Positions 14,939 to 25,584 of a DNA stretch of 29,905 nucleotides are shown here, piece by piece. The stretch comes from a virus (taxonomy: Duplodnaviria; Caudoviricetes): IMG/VR virus record IMGVR_UViG_3300009678_000120, positions 1 through 29,905 of that record. The stretch is one strand, 5' to 3'. The translations under genes and the position numbers were made by a program. The notes beneath the pieces are model-generated. The model was not told where the DNA came from and made no database searches. It saw only the letters and a list, made by a program, of their open reading frames with translations. Position 1 is the stretch's first letter. Every line of letters starts with the position of its first letter.

Positions 14939-16497
14939 TGCAACAGGCACAAGGCAGGCGCATCAGCCGCTTCCCCGGCAACACGCTGATCCCGTCCGAC
15001 GCGCAGTTCGACTTCATCTCGGGCGGCGTGAACTACCGCATCTCGTACACCGATCTGCTGCCGCTGCTCGGCGCGACCGGCGTGCTGGATCAGGTGGGTG
15101 ATCCGCTCGGTGCGCCGGTGCTGGACCCGGCGGGCACGCTCTACCACATCCGCAACCTCGAGGCAGGACCTGGCATCATCCCGCTGATCAGCCCGATGAA
15201 CGGGATCACGCTGAAGCACAACTTCACCGTGGACGCGGTCGGCGTGCCGCTGATGGCGCTCCCTGCGGCACTCTCGCCGATCTTCCGCAGCATCATCGCC
15301 GGCCCCGGCATCAACGTCGCCGACGCGGGCAACCAGATCCAGATCAGCACCTCGGGCATCCCGGTATCGACGCGCACGGTGATCGTGAACCAGATCAGCG
15401 ATTTCCCCGCGCCCGTGGGCAACGTGATCACGCTGGTGCCCGACACCCAGTACTTCATCTACAACTCGATTGCGATGGGCACGACGCGCATCGTGATGAC
15501 CAACAACACCAGCATCGAGGGCGCGGATTCCTCGGTGGTGGAGATGACCTTCGCCGGCCCCGGCTTCATGTTCACCGCAGTGGACGCGAACATCCGCTTC
15601 GGGCGCATCAGGCTGACCTCGACAACGGAACTGTTGAGCTTCACCAATGCAGCCCTCGACAAGAACATCCAGTTCATCGACATGACGATGACCGGGCTGA
15701 TCCTCGGCGTGATCAACGGTTGTCGCGCGCTGCTGCTGAATAACTGCGCGACGACCTTCACCGGCGGCGTCGGGTTCAACATCACCGGCAGCGTCGGCGC
15801 GTTCATCGCCTCGTTCCTGACCGGGTTCACGGCAGCCAACGGTCCTGTGTTCGCCATTGCCACGGCACCCGCGATCCCGGTGTTCATCGCGAGTACCTGC
15901 CTGGTCAACCTGACGGTGCCGGGCTCGATCTTCATCGTCGGCAACAACGATGTGAACATCACCGACATCAGTACCGTGTTCGGGTGCCGGATCTTCAATC
16001 CGGGCGGCGGCACGCCCCTGCTCAACGTGAGCCCCGACAACGCGCGCTGGCAGTTCCTGAGCAACGACCTGATCCGCGACACGCTCCCCGGCGCGGTGAC
16101 GCAACTGATCAACAACGGGGCACCCACCGTGATCGCAGCGATCAACACCCCGGTGCTGATCACCGGCGCGTGGGTGCAGGCGACCGCGAGTCAGTTCACG
16201 ACGACCGCAGCGGGCCGCATCACCTACACCGGGATCTCCGGGGTGACCGCGAACATCACCATCGACGCGACGCTGCTCGCGGCGGCGGGTCCGGTGAACA
16301 CGTTCACCGTGTATCTCCGCGTCAACGGGGTGATGAAGGCGCAGCAGCAGATCACCTGTGACGCGACCGACCCGCAGATGATCTCGGTCAGCTGGCGGCA
16401 CACGTTCATCACGGGCGAATTCGTGGAGGCGTGGATCGAGAACAACGACGACGCCGACGATGTGATCGTGCGCTTCGCGACGTTCCTGGTGGGCTGA
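14938..16497 (+). CDS. Putative virion fibre/appendage protein (519 aa)
   Basis: Start re-called at ATG 14938 (TGATG overlap); beta-rich, IIAGPGINV repeats, C-terminal C1q/TNF-like strand pattern. Confidence 0.65.
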   Translation: MQQAQGRRISRFPGNTLIPSDAQFDFISGGVNYRISYTDLLPLLGATGVLDQVGDPLGAPVLDPAGTLYHIRNLEAGPGIIPLISPMNGITLKHNFTVDAVGVPLMALPAALSPIFRSIIAGPGINVADAGNQIQISTSGIPVSTRTVIVNQISDFPAPVGNVITLVPDTQYFIYNSIAMGTTRIVMTNNTSIEGADSSVVEMTFAGPGFMFTAVDANIRFGRIRLTSTTELLSFTNAALDKNIQFIDMTMTGLILGVINGCRALLLNNCATTFTGGVGFNITGSVGAFIASFLTGFTAANGPVFAIATAPAIPVFIASTCLVNLTVPGSIFIVGNNDVNITDISTVFGCRIFNPGGGTPLLNVSPDNARWQFLSNDLIRDTLPGAVTQLINNGAPTVIAAINTPVLITGAWVQATASQFTTTAAGRITYTGISGVTANITIDATLLAAAGPVNTFTVYLRVNGVMKAQQQITCDATDPQMISVSWRHTFITGEFVEAWIENNDDADDVIVRFATFLVG

Positions 16498-16498
16498 G

Positions 16499-17935
16499 AT
16501 GCAGGCACTGCCCATCACCAACGGGTTCTACACGAGCCCCAGCCTGCCGGCGAGCGCGCAGCAATGCACGAACTGGTATGTGAACGTGAACGAGACTGAG
16601 GGAGCGCTCTTCCCTGAAAACCTGTTCGGCACGCCGGGCTCGGAGTTCCTCACCTCGAGCGGCGCGGGCTCGATCAATCGCGGCGGCTGGATCATGGCCG
16701 GCGTGCCCTACTTCGTGAACGGTGAACTGCTCTACCGGCTGAACCGCGACTTCACGCTGGACGCGCTCGGCGTCGTGCCCGGCACGCGGCGCGTGTCGAT
16801 GTCGGACAACGGTCGGCAGTTGTGCGTGATGGTGCCGGGCGGCGCGGCGAGCAAGGGTTACATCTTCACCGCAGACCCGGACACGTTCACTGAGATCACC
16901 GACCCCGACTTCCGCGCCAGCGGCAACCCGCAGTACGTCGTGTTCGTGGACGGGTTCTTTGTCTTCACCACCGACAGCAAGAAATTCATCTGCTCGGAAC
17001 TGAACGATGGACTCAACTACAACGCGCTGGATTTCGGCACTGCGGAAGCTGACCCGGACGACATCGTCGCGCCTATCGTCATTCGCAACCAGCTTTTCAT
17101 CGGTGGTTCGGAGACGATGGAGGCTTTCCAGAATATCGGCGGCGCGGGCTTCCCGTTCCAGCGCACGGGCCTCTTTATCACGAAGGGTATCTCGGCTCCG
17201 CTCTCGATCATCAACGCCAGTGATACCTTCATGTTCATCGGTGCGGGGAAGAATGAGTCGCCCGCAATCTGGAGCCTCGAGGGCAACAGCGTCTCGAAAG
17301 TGAGTACGGTGCCCATCGACGCGATCCTGCAATCGATCACCGACGTTGAGCTCGAGGAGGTCTTCGCGTGGAGCTATGCACAGAAGGGCGCGTACTTCGT
17401 GGGCTTCTCGCTGCCCAGCACGACGCTGGTGATCGAGACGATCAGCGGTCGATGGCATGAGCGCAAGTCGCGGATCATCGACCCGCACGAGCAAGTGCAG
17501 ATTGTCCGGTCGCGGATCAACTCGCTGGTTTCGGCATACGGGCTGGTACTGGTCGGCGACTCGCAGGATGGTCGCATCGGCTCACTCGACCCGGAAACGT
17601 ACACCGAATACGGCAATCCGATCATCCGGGTGGTGGCGACGCAACCGTTCTCCGTTACACCGGGGGAATCGTTCACGGTTCCTAAGCTCGAGCTGATGAT
17701 GGAGTCCGGTGTTGGCAATGCCGATGTGCCCGATCCCAGCGTGATCATGGAGCGCAGCGGCAACGGCAAGACCTGGAAGGACGGGCGCGCGAAGCGGATC
17801 GGCAAGGTGGGCGAGTACGACTGGCGCAGCATCTGGCGGCGCAACGGTCGCGTCGCGCGCTTCGAGGTGTTCCGCTTCACGTTCTCGGACGCGGTGAAGC
17901 CCGTGATCCTCGGGCTGATGGGAGATCTCCTGTGA
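16499..17935 (+). CDS. Tail hub / packaged-DNA stabilization protein, P22 gp10-like
   Basis: 478 aa; MSDNG.QL, FVDGFFVF, TAEADPDDIV, WHER, WRRNGR..F.F. Confidence 0.9.
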   Translation: MQALPITNGFYTSPSLPASAQQCTNWYVNVNETEGALFPENLFGTPGSEFLTSSGAGSINRGGWIMAGVPYFVNGELLYRLNRDFTLDALGVVPGTRRVSMSDNGRQLCVMVPGGAASKGYIFTADPDTFTEITDPDFRASGNPQYVVFVDGFFVFTTDSKKFICSELNDGLNYNALDFGTAEADPDDIVAPIVIRNQLFIGGSETMEAFQNIGGAGFPFQRTGLFITKGISAPLSIINASDTFMFIGAGKNESPAIWSLEGNSVSKVSTVPIDAILQSITDVELEEVFAWSYAQKGAYFVGFSLPSTTLVIETISGRWHERKSRIIDPHEQVQIVRSRINSLVSAYGLVLVGDSQDGRIGSLDPETYTEYGNPIIRVVATQPFSVTPGESFTVPKLELMMESGVGNADVPDPSVIMERSGNGKTWKDGRAKRIGKVGEYDWRSIWRRNGRVARFEVFRFTFSDAVKPVILGLMGDLL

Positions 17936-18198
17936 GCAAGCGCACGGTGGTGCCTCCTGTCGCGACGCAGCCCATCGTGAACACCCGGTTCACGATGGAA
18001 GAGGCCTTCCGCAACTGGACCCTGCTGGTGACATCGCTCGGCGTGCCGGTGATCGGCGAGGGCTCCCCGGAAGGCGTCGTGGACGCACCGCAGTTCGCGC
18101 TGTATCTCGACTCGCTGGCTATCGTTCCGCCGATGCAGTACCGCAAGATGATCACGCAGATCGGCGGCAACACGAAACTGGGCTGGCTGCCCGTGTGA
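17932..18198 (+). CDS. Small tail protein at the P22 gp26 (needle/plug) position (88 aa)
   Basis: GEGSPEGVVDAP..LYLD..YRK..GW motif; GTGA overlap; synteny. Confidence 0.65.
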   Translation: MSKRTVVPPVATQPIVNTRFTMEEAFRNWTLLVTSLGVPVIGEGSPEGVVDAPQFALYLDSLAIVPPMQYRKMITQIGGNTKLGWLPV

Positions 18199-18206
18199 GG
18201 TGACAG

Positions 18207-18710
18207 ATGGGTATGGACTGGCTGTCGGACATTCTGGGTGGCGGCGGTGAAGAATCCGTTTCCAAGGAGCAGCGCGAAGAGAACCGGCTGGCACGGGAAT
18301 TCATCCGCGAGCAGGGCAAGGAAGCGCGCAAGGATGTGCTGCGCCTGTTCCCGCAGGGCACTGCGGCGCGCGGCGCGGGAGGGCAGGCTGCAATCGATGT
18401 GTACCGGGGGATGCTGCCGGCGCAGTCGCAGGCATTCCAGCAGGGCAACCTGGCCGCGCAGCGCCAGCTACAGGCCGGTCAGGGCACCTACCAGAGTGCG
18501 ATCCTCGGCACCCCGCAGCAGGGGCGGCAGTTCGTGAAGCCGCAGATGATGAACCCGGACATGAGCTTCATCCCGACGACGATCCCGCAGCAGTTGCAAG
18601 GGGGCGGGCCACCCCCGCTGGAACTGAGCGACAACCCCGGCAAGGGCAAAGGGAAGGGCAAGAACCGCAACAACGCGATCACGAATGGGCTCGGCGGGCA
18701 GAACCCGTAA
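18207..18710 (+). CDS. Putative ejection (DNA transfer) protein (167 aa)
   Basis: Amphipathic WLSDILGGGG N-terminus, Gln/Ala/Gly-rich; GAGGTGA SD; synteny. Confidence 0.65.
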   Translation: MGMDWLSDILGGGGEESVSKEQREENRLAREFIREQGKEARKDVLRLFPQGTAARGAGGQAAIDVYRGMLPAQSQAFQQGNLAAQRQLQAGQGTYQSAILGTPQQGRQFVKPQMMNPDMSFIPTTIPQQLQGGGPPPLELSDNPGKGKGKGKNRNNAITNGLGGQNP

Positions 18711-18726
18711 TCCACAGGAAATTCAC

Positions 18727-20406
18727 ATGGCACTCACAGCCCAGCAGATCCTGCAACAGAAGGCCGCGCAACAGGCGGCAGCAGGGATGCCCGCGACCAA
18801 CACCGCGATGCCGATCAACATGGCGCAGGCGGCAGGGCAAGCTGTCACCGGCGGGCTCGGCGGCACCCAGATGATGCAGCCGCGTACTGCTGGCACCGCA
18901 GCACCGGCACCCGCCCCGCGCCCCGGCTTCAGCATCAAGACCGCGTACGGGCCGAACGTGAAGGGCGCTCCGCAGACCGGGCTGGTCGGCGCGCAGCGCG
19001 CACAGCTGGGTGGCCTGCGCGGCTTCGAGGGTGCGACCGCGCAGGGGCTGACGGGGTCGACTGCCGCGATCAACCAGGGGCTCGGCGGCGCGCAGCGCGC
19101 GATCACCGGCGCACGCGGGCAGGCTCTCGATCTGCTGAACGATCCCTCGGGCATCAACGCCCGTCAGGCCAGCAGCACGATCAAGCAGGGCACCACGAGT
19201 GCGCTGCGGGGCTTGAACGCTACCCAGCGACAGGTGCAGGGCCAACTGGCAGCCGGTACAAGCGACGTAGACGCACAGGCAGCAGCAGCGGGTAACTTCG
19301 GGGCTCAGGACGCGCGTGGCGCGTTCCAGCAGGGCGCACAAGGCCTCGAGCAGTTCGCCGGGCAGGGCCGCGACGCGAACCAGCAGCAGGCAGCCCTGTC
19401 GGGCGCGCTGGGTCCAGAGGCTCAGGCGAAAGCCTACGCGGCGTACCAGGAGTCTCCCGGCCAGTCGTACCTGCGTGAACAGGGCGAGCGGGCCATCACG
19501 CGGAATGCGGCTGCGACCGGGGGACTCGGAGGCAGCCGGGTGTTGCAAGAACTCCAGAAGCAGGGCATCGGGATGGCGGCGCAGGATTTCGATGCCTCGT
19601 TCAACCGTCTGGGAAGCCTCGCAGAACGCGGCGCAGGGGCAGCAGGGCAGCAGGCAAGCCTCCGGGGTCAGGAAGGTGGTGTACTGGGCTCTCTGGCCGG
19701 CCAGCGCGGTCAGGCGCAGACCGAAACGAACATCACGAACGCCGGGAACACACTACAGGCCGATCTGGCGAACCAAGGGCTGCAAGCCGACATGGCGAAG
19801 ACCGGCGCGCAGATTACCGCCGGGCTCGGCGGGCAGAAGGCAGACATCGCCAGCACGATGGCTGGTCAGGCTGCCGGGTTGCAGGGTGCGGCCAACCTCG
19901 CGGCAGGGCAGGAGCGGAGCCAGAACGCGCGCACCGGCGCGGGTATCGCGGCAGGGCTCGGTGGACAGCTTGCAGACATCCGTACGGGCGCAGGAGAGGC
20001 CAAGGCGGGCCTTACCCAAGGGGCAGCGTCGGACACTGCGGCAGCGCGTCTGGCGACGGGCCAGAGCCTCGGGCAGGACCGCACGCAGGCAGGCCAGAAC
20101 ATCGCGACCAACGCAGCGGCGACCTCGGAGCAGATCGCGGGCCTGCTGGCGAACCAGGGCGCGGGTCTTGCCGACATGCTGGGTCAGGCCGGCGGCGATG
20201 TCGCTACCGTGTTGAACAACCTCGGGCTGACGCAGGGTCAGGCGTACGACCAGGTCGCGGCGGCACTGGCGAACATCAAGACCAACCAGGCTACACAGGT
20301 AGCGGGCCTGCCGGGACTGGGCGGTACGCAGGGCGGCGGGGGTACGGGCATCGCGCCGATAATCAACGCAGGGGCCACCGCGTACAGCGCGTACAAGCAG
20401 CCTTGA
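18727..20406 (+). CDS. Ejection (DNA transfer) protein with P22 gp7-like motif (559 aa)
   Basis: Start re-called at ATG 18727 (AGGA SD); YQESPGQSYLREQG...AAATGGLGG motif; Ala/Gly/Gln-rich. Confidence 0.75.
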   Translation: MALTAQQILQQKAAQQAAAGMPATNTAMPINMAQAAGQAVTGGLGGTQMMQPRTAGTAAPAPAPRPGFSIKTAYGPNVKGAPQTGLVGAQRAQLGGLRGFEGATAQGLTGSTAAINQGLGGAQRAITGARGQALDLLNDPSGINARQASSTIKQGTTSALRGLNATQRQVQGQLAAGTSDVDAQAAAAGNFGAQDARGAFQQGAQGLEQFAGQGRDANQQQAALSGALGPEAQAKAYAAYQESPGQSYLREQGERAITRNAAATGGLGGSRVLQELQKQGIGMAAQDFDASFNRLGSLAERGAGAAGQQASLRGQEGGVLGSLAGQRGQAQTETNITNAGNTLQADLANQGLQADMAKTGAQITAGLGGQKADIASTMAGQAAGLQGAANLAAGQERSQNARTGAGIAAGLGGQLADIRTGAGEAKAGLTQGAASDTAAARLATGQSLGQDRTQAGQNIATNAAATSEQIAGLLANQGAGLADMLGQAGGDVATVLNNLGLTQGQAYDQVAAALANIKTNQATQVAGLPGLGGTQGGGGTGIAPIINAGATAYSAYKQP

Positions 20407-20416
20407 GGATCGATCG

Positions 20417-21841
20417 ATGGCGACGGCATACGCAGACAAGTTCCAGCAAGGGCTCACGGGCGAGCAGCCGATACCGGAGTCGATGCCCGCGCCCCTGCCG
20501 GGTCAGCCGGCACCCGCGCCCGGCGAGGATTACAACAAGGGGCGTACCGGGCACCGCATCCTGAACGCGGTGATGGGGTTTGGTGCCGGGCTCACCGGAA
20601 CCGGCCCGGAGTTCCTCGAGCGGCTCGACAAGAACCGTCAGGAGGCGATGATCAAGGACATGGTGCTGGTCGATGATGCGCTCGCTGACGGGCGCGTGAG
20701 CGACGCGCGCGAGGCATTGCTCGACCGGCTGAAGGAGATCAAGCGTCTCGGCGGCAACCCGCGCCACACGATCCACGTTCTCAACCAACTGGACAGCGGT
20801 GACTTCAAGGGAGCGAAGAGCTACGTCAGGGACGGGCTCGACAATGCGGTGCGTCAGGGGATGCTCGAGCCGCGTCAGGTGGACCGCACGGTCACCTCGC
20901 AGAACCAGTTGCTCGAATTCGAGGGTGAAGGTGGTGAAATGAAAATCACCGATCTGCCGCTCCGCAAGGATACGGGAGGCTCGAGTGGTTACGTCTGGGG
21001 CGACAGTGATCTCGCGGTGGACAAGGACGGCAACCAGTTCCACGTTGCCCGGAAGGGAGACAAGGCGGGTGGTATCAGTGAATCGGATGTCACGCCGGTG
21101 CTGGGACCAGACATGCAGGCGCAGACTCCGACCAGTAAGTTGACGATTTTGCAGCGAGGTCAGACACCCGCACAGATCGTGACGCATGAGGGTCGGGTGC
21201 AGAGTGCGAAGACCGAAGCGGAGAAAGACGCGGAGGATACCGTCGCCGCGAAGCGCGAGGGACTGGCGGCGCGGGACCAGATGCGTAACGTGAATCAAAT
21301 GCTGACACTGCTCGAGAAAGTCGAGACGGGTGGCCTGACCCAGTATCGTCAGGCAATCGCGAACTTCCTCAACCTGAAAGACCCGACCACGGTCACGCTG
21401 GGTCAGTTGGAGCAGGGCTTCGGCGACCAGGTCATGGTGGCCTTGAACAACATGAAGGGACCGGCAACGGAGCGCGAGCGCGAGTACCTCGAGCGGATCA
21501 AGGCGAACATCCGCAAGGGCACCGCAGTGAACCGTGCGATGTTGCAGGATGTGCGTGCCATCGCGGAGAACAAATTCAAGCGTGGTCAGTGGCTGCAACA
21601 AAATCCCGGTGCGTCGGTGTACGACTCGTTCCTCCAGTACGGGGACGACAACTTCGATCAGCAGCAAGAGCCGCAGCCGGATCAGCCGACCGCTGCGCCT
21701 GCGCTGCCGGCGCAGCAGACAGCCGCACCGGCGACGCCTGCTGCTCCCGCTGCGCCTGCGGTTCCGGCTGCCGCGCCGACAACGGGTGGCAAGACTTTCG
21801 AGGAGCGCAAGGCCAGCTACCTCCAGCCGGGGACACCGTAG
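20417..21841 (+). CDS. Putative ejection protein (474 aa)
   Basis: Helical, GFGAGLTG segment, Pro/Ala-rich tail; position in the ejection cluster. Confidence 0.65.
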   Translation: MATAYADKFQQGLTGEQPIPESMPAPLPGQPAPAPGEDYNKGRTGHRILNAVMGFGAGLTGTGPEFLERLDKNRQEAMIKDMVLVDDALADGRVSDAREALLDRLKEIKRLGGNPRHTIHVLNQLDSGDFKGAKSYVRDGLDNAVRQGMLEPRQVDRTVTSQNQLLEFEGEGGEMKITDLPLRKDTGGSSGYVWGDSDLAVDKDGNQFHVARKGDKAGGISESDVTPVLGPDMQAQTPTSKLTILQRGQTPAQIVTHEGRVQSAKTEAEKDAEDTVAAKREGLAARDQMRNVNQMLTLLEKVETGGLTQYRQAIANFLNLKDPTTVTLGQLEQGFGDQVMVALNNMKGPATEREREYLERIKANIRKGTAVNRAMLQDVRAIAENKFKRGQWLQQNPGASVYDSFLQYGDDNFDQQQEPQPDQPTAAPALPAQQTAAPATPAAPAAPAVPAAAPTTGGKTFEERKASYLQPGTP

Positions 21842-23449
21842 ATGGCAACCATCCAAGAACTCAAGGATGCGTTCATCCGCGCCGATGACGCTGGTGACAA
21901 GGAAGTCGCTGCCTCGTTCTTGAAGGACATCGAAGCAGCGATGGCACAGACCCCGGTGCCGACCGAAGCGGAGGTCGGGCGTGGTCAGGCACCCGAAGGC
22001 ACCGCGTGGCGTGGACCCGCGCAGCCCGGCGATGAGCGACCGCAGCCAGCGTTCCAGCCCGTGCCGCGCAAGGGGTTCAAGGAGAACCTGCTCGAGAGTG
22101 GGCAGACCGCAGTGGGGCTCGGTGAGAACGCACTGACTGCGATCACGGGTGTGACCTCGGGGCCGGCAGCGGCTATCGGCAACACGCTGAGTGCGGGCCT
22201 GTCGGGCCTGGCCGGCAACCCGGATCTCGATGAGCAGGGGATGCCGAAGGACTTCAACACCCTGATGAACGAGGGCTACGAGGCGGGCGTCTACTCGCCG
22301 CGCACCGAAGAGGGTCAGCGCATCGCGGGCGATGTCGGCAACGTGATGAACAAGGCGCAACTGCCGCCCTTCATCCCCGAAGCACCTGTTCTCTCGAATG
22401 CCTCGAGGACTGCGCCGGGTGCGCGCGGATTGCAGAAGGGCGCAGACGCGATGGCGGATGCGGAACTCGCATCGCGCACCCGTGGGCAGTTGGTCAGCAT
22501 GGACCCCAAACTGCCCAGTGATCCCGCACTCGCTGCACGACAGGCACCGTTCTACGGTGGCTTCAAGCGTGAGCAATTCAACCGTGATGTGGAAGCGGCG
22601 CGGCGCGAGCGGGAAGCCGCGAAGGCGCGTGCCGATGTCGAGATCGATGACTTCGTGAACGAGGTGGGTGGGAAAGGAACGGTTGCCGAAGCGGGCGAGG
22701 CAATAATCGATCAGGGATTCAAGGCGTACAACTCGATCATCGAGACGTTCGATGACTTCTACAAACGTGCGGGCGCACCGCGCAGGGGAGTCGCGCGGGT
22801 CCGTACCACCGATCTGCCCGGCACGCTCGACTCGGAATTCTCGCAGCACACGAACCCGCTGGTGCGTCGTCTCGCGGAGGAGGCCAACAAGCCTGGACAG
22901 ATTCTCAATTCACAGGGGCAGCCGACCAAGCTGACCTACACCCCCGCAGAGGTGAAGGGGGCGCTCCGCATCGTGCGCGGCCAGGTGCGTAAGTTGATGG
23001 CAGCGGAGAAGGGTGGTACTGGCGTAGACCCGCGCCGGCTCGCGATGCAGAAGCTCCAGACCAGTCTCGAGAACGATCTGAAAACGTGGAGCCGCACGAG
23101 CCCTGCGGCGCGCAAGCAGTACAAGCTGATGGAGTGGGTGGATGACAAGTTCGCGAATTCGGTCGGCAAGATTCGCGAGAACTTCGACATCCGGGGCAGC
23201 GGTCGCTACAGGAACCAGTGGCCCGATGTTCCCACGCTGCTCGGTGAGGCGCGCAGTCCGAAGTCGGGAGGTACGCTGGCCGCGCGCACCAAGGAACTGC
23301 TGCCGGGTGCGGTGCCGGATATGCAGAAACTCATCACCGCGATGGCAAGGCAGGATCGCAAGTTCTTGACGAGTGACTTCGCACGCACGGTGTTCGATCC
23401 TAAGATCATGGACGAGGTCGAAGCGATGCTGAAACGGTCGGAGCAATAG
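21842..23449 (+). CDS. Putative ejection protein (535 aa)
   Basis: N-terminal AFIRADDAGD..A motif, Gly/Ala amphipathic stretch; last gene before the tail fibre. Confidence 0.65.
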   Translation: MATIQELKDAFIRADDAGDKEVAASFLKDIEAAMAQTPVPTEAEVGRGQAPEGTAWRGPAQPGDERPQPAFQPVPRKGFKENLLESGQTAVGLGENALTAITGVTSGPAAAIGNTLSAGLSGLAGNPDLDEQGMPKDFNTLMNEGYEAGVYSPRTEEGQRIAGDVGNVMNKAQLPPFIPEAPVLSNASRTAPGARGLQKGADAMADAELASRTRGQLVSMDPKLPSDPALAARQAPFYGGFKREQFNRDVEAARREREAAKARADVEIDDFVNEVGGKGTVAEAGEAIIDQGFKAYNSIIETFDDFYKRAGAPRRGVARVRTTDLPGTLDSEFSQHTNPLVRRLAEEANKPGQILNSQGQPTKLTYTPAEVKGALRIVRGQVRKLMAAEKGGTGVDPRRLAMQKLQTSLENDLKTWSRTSPAARKQYKLMEWVDDKFANSVGKIRENFDIRGSGRYRNQWPDVPTLLGEARSPKSGGTLAARTKELLPGAVPDMQKLITAMARQDRKFLTSDFARTVFDPKIMDEVEAMLKRSEQ

Positions 23450-23458
23450 GGGAACAAC

Positions 23459-25366
23459 ATGGCACGGTTCGGCAGCATCGGCACGCAGTACTTCGACAAC
23501 GCGGGCGACCCGCTGGTCGATGGTCACCTCTACTTCTACGAGTCGGGTACGACGGCACCGAAGATCACGTTCGCGGATGTGAACCTGTCGATCCCGAACA
23601 GCCACCCGGTGCAACTCTCCGCTGCGGGCCGGCAGCCGAACATCTTCTTCGAGGGCTCGGCTCGCGCGATCCTGACCGACGAGTTCGATGTGCAGATCGA
23701 GGCGCGCGACCCGGTGGGCGGCGAGTTCCAGGAGGGCGCGTACTCACCGTGGAACTCGCTCACGATCTACGACGTTCCCGACATCGTGATCGGCTCGGAC
23801 GGCAACGTGTACGTCTCGATTGCCAACGGCAACCAGAAACACGATCCCACGACGAGCCCCGCGTACTGGACGCAGTTGAAGGAGATCAGGGTCTGGAACC
23901 CGAACGAGATCTACATCATCAACGACCTCGTGCAGGCCGCGAACGGATTCATCTATGCATCGATCCAGAACGCGAACCTGAACCACGCGCCACCCAACCT
24001 CGCGTGGTGGACGACGATTGTGGACGCGCTGCCCTCGACCGGCGGCGTCGTGCAGGGCAACACCGCATCCCCGACTCCGCTGGTGCGGATCACGCAACTC
24101 GGCACCGGGGACGCGCTGCGCGTCGAAGCGGCAACGCGCCCGTTCGTCATCGAGGCGGGTGGGCGCGTGCGGATCGGATTGGTGAACAACCAGAATCCCG
24201 CTGACCGGCTCGAGACATCGTTCGGCAACATCGCGCAGTACACGTTCAGCGACAACGCGGCGGTGAACCCCTACGACACTTACAAGAGCCGGGGCACTGC
24301 GGAAGGGATACATGCGGTCGTGCAGGTTAACGATGTCACCAAGCATCTGCGCTCTTGGGCATCGGACGGCGCGAATTACCTGCAAGTCGGCAGCATAATA
24401 TTCCAGACAGACGCGCCGGTTGTCGCGTCTTCGGGTCCGATACCCATCGGCACAGCACCCAGCCGATTCTCGGTCAACGTGATGGCACCCTCGGTCGATG
24501 GTGGTGTCACGCCCGGTGTGCTGACCGAACGCATCCGCGTCACCAGCACCGGGAACATCGGCTTCAGCAACACGGGCCTGACCAACAGCAGCGTGCGCGC
24601 CGGGCAGAACATCACGGGCAACGCGACGGCTGCCCAGTTCAACGCGACCGGCATCGTGCAGTCGGATGTCGCTTCGGCGCATATCTACCTGTCGGGTGTC
24701 GTCAGCACCGCAGCAGCGGTATTCGTGCTGGCTAACCTGATTCACTTCCGCGCAGGCAGCGCGGTCCTGAGTCCCGGTGCGGGTAGCTCGGTCACCAACC
24801 AGATCGGGTTCGGGGTGGGCAACAACCTGTTGGGTGCCTCGAGCAACTTCGGGTTCCGCTCGGATCTCGCAGCCGCTGCGGGTGTGTGGGGTTTCTTCGG
24901 CGCGACAGCGCAGAATGCCTTCGGCGGCATGACCAAGTTCGGCAGCACCGCTGTGCCCACCGAAGTGGTGGATGTGCAGGGCAACGTGCTGGTCAATGGA
25001 TCGGTCCTGATCATCAACCCCGCCACACCGCTCGGCTACGGACCCGGTGTCGGCACGAGTGTCGTGCAGGCTACCAACAAGGCAACGACTGTCGCGATCA
25101 ACCGCGCCAGCGGTCAGATCACGATGAACAACGCGAGCCTCGCGGCGAACACCGCAGTCGGGTTCGTGGTGACCAACACGATGGTGACGCTGAACGACAC
25201 ACCCGTCGTGACGATCAAGTCGGGCAACACGGCGAACGCTTACCATATCCAGGTCGATGGCGTGCAGAACGGTCAGTTCGTTATCTCGCTGCGTAACATG
25301 ACCGCTGGCGCGCTCGCTGAAGCCGTCGTGCTGCAATTCAACATCATCCGGGGAACGATCACATGA
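23459..25366 (+). CDS. Tail fibre/spike with N-terminal virion-attachment domain (635 aa)
   Basis: QYFDNAGDPL..G.LYFYESGT..PV.L..AGR N-terminus; two W-x5-Y...V...G..Y.S..N carbohydrate-binding-like repeats; beta-rich body. Confidence 0.85.
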   Translation: MARFGSIGTQYFDNAGDPLVDGHLYFYESGTTAPKITFADVNLSIPNSHPVQLSAAGRQPNIFFEGSARAILTDEFDVQIEARDPVGGEFQEGAYSPWNSLTIYDVPDIVIGSDGNVYVSIANGNQKHDPTTSPAYWTQLKEIRVWNPNEIYIINDLVQAANGFIYASIQNANLNHAPPNLAWWTTIVDALPSTGGVVQGNTASPTPLVRITQLGTGDALRVEAATRPFVIEAGGRVRIGLVNNQNPADRLETSFGNIAQYTFSDNAAVNPYDTYKSRGTAEGIHAVVQVNDVTKHLRSWASDGANYLQVGSIIFQTDAPVVASSGPIPIGTAPSRFSVNVMAPSVDGGVTPGVLTERIRVTSTGNIGFSNTGLTNSSVRAGQNITGNATAAQFNATGIVQSDVASAHIYLSGVVSTAAAVFVLANLIHFRAGSAVLSPGAGSSVTNQIGFGVGNNLLGASSNFGFRSDLAAAAGVWGFFGATAQNAFGGMTKFGSTAVPTEVVDVQGNVLVNGSVLIINPATPLGYGPGVGTSVVQATNKATTVAINRASGQITMNNASLAANTAVGFVVTNTMVTLNDTPVVTIKSGNTANAYHIQVDGVQNGQFVISLRNMTAGALAEAVVLQFNIIRGTIT

Positions 25367-25584
25367 CGATCACCAAACAGAAAGCAGTCGAGCAGTACTT
25401 CGTGTTCCCCGCGCCGCGCAAGGAGGTCGAGGTGCATTGGCGCATCACGTACCTCGAGGACGGCGTGCCCTCGGACACCAAGCTGAAGAGCCAGCTTTAC
25501 ACCGAAGCCGACAAGGCAGCCCTGATGGGGGATCTGCCGAACACGGTCGCGAACAAACTCTCCGACATCGCGGGGTGGGCGTGA
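25363..25584 (+). CDS. Small protein coupled to the tail fibre (possible assembly chaperone, 73 aa)
   Basis: ATGA overlap with the fibre gene; function inferred from position only. Confidence 0.6.
   Translation: MTITKQKAVEQYFVFPAPRKEVEVHWRITYLEDGVPSDTKLKSQLYTEADKAALMGDLPNTVANKLSDIAGWA

Noticed and set aside
8734-23461. Many consecutive genes in the same frame separated by TAG (e.g. TAG-ATG at 21839-21844), suggesting amber recoding
   Set aside because: No conserved gene is interrupted by TAG, portal, coat and gp10 have normal sizes, and TAG often just overlaps the next SD (TAGGA); no suppressor tRNA seen.
9052-24000. Very long antisense ORFs (e.g. 9052-11655, 12043-14481, 14848-16521, 20363-22849)
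   Set aside because: They mirror well-supported + strand structural genes; long antisense shadows are expected with high GC3 codon bias, and the translations show no protein motifs.
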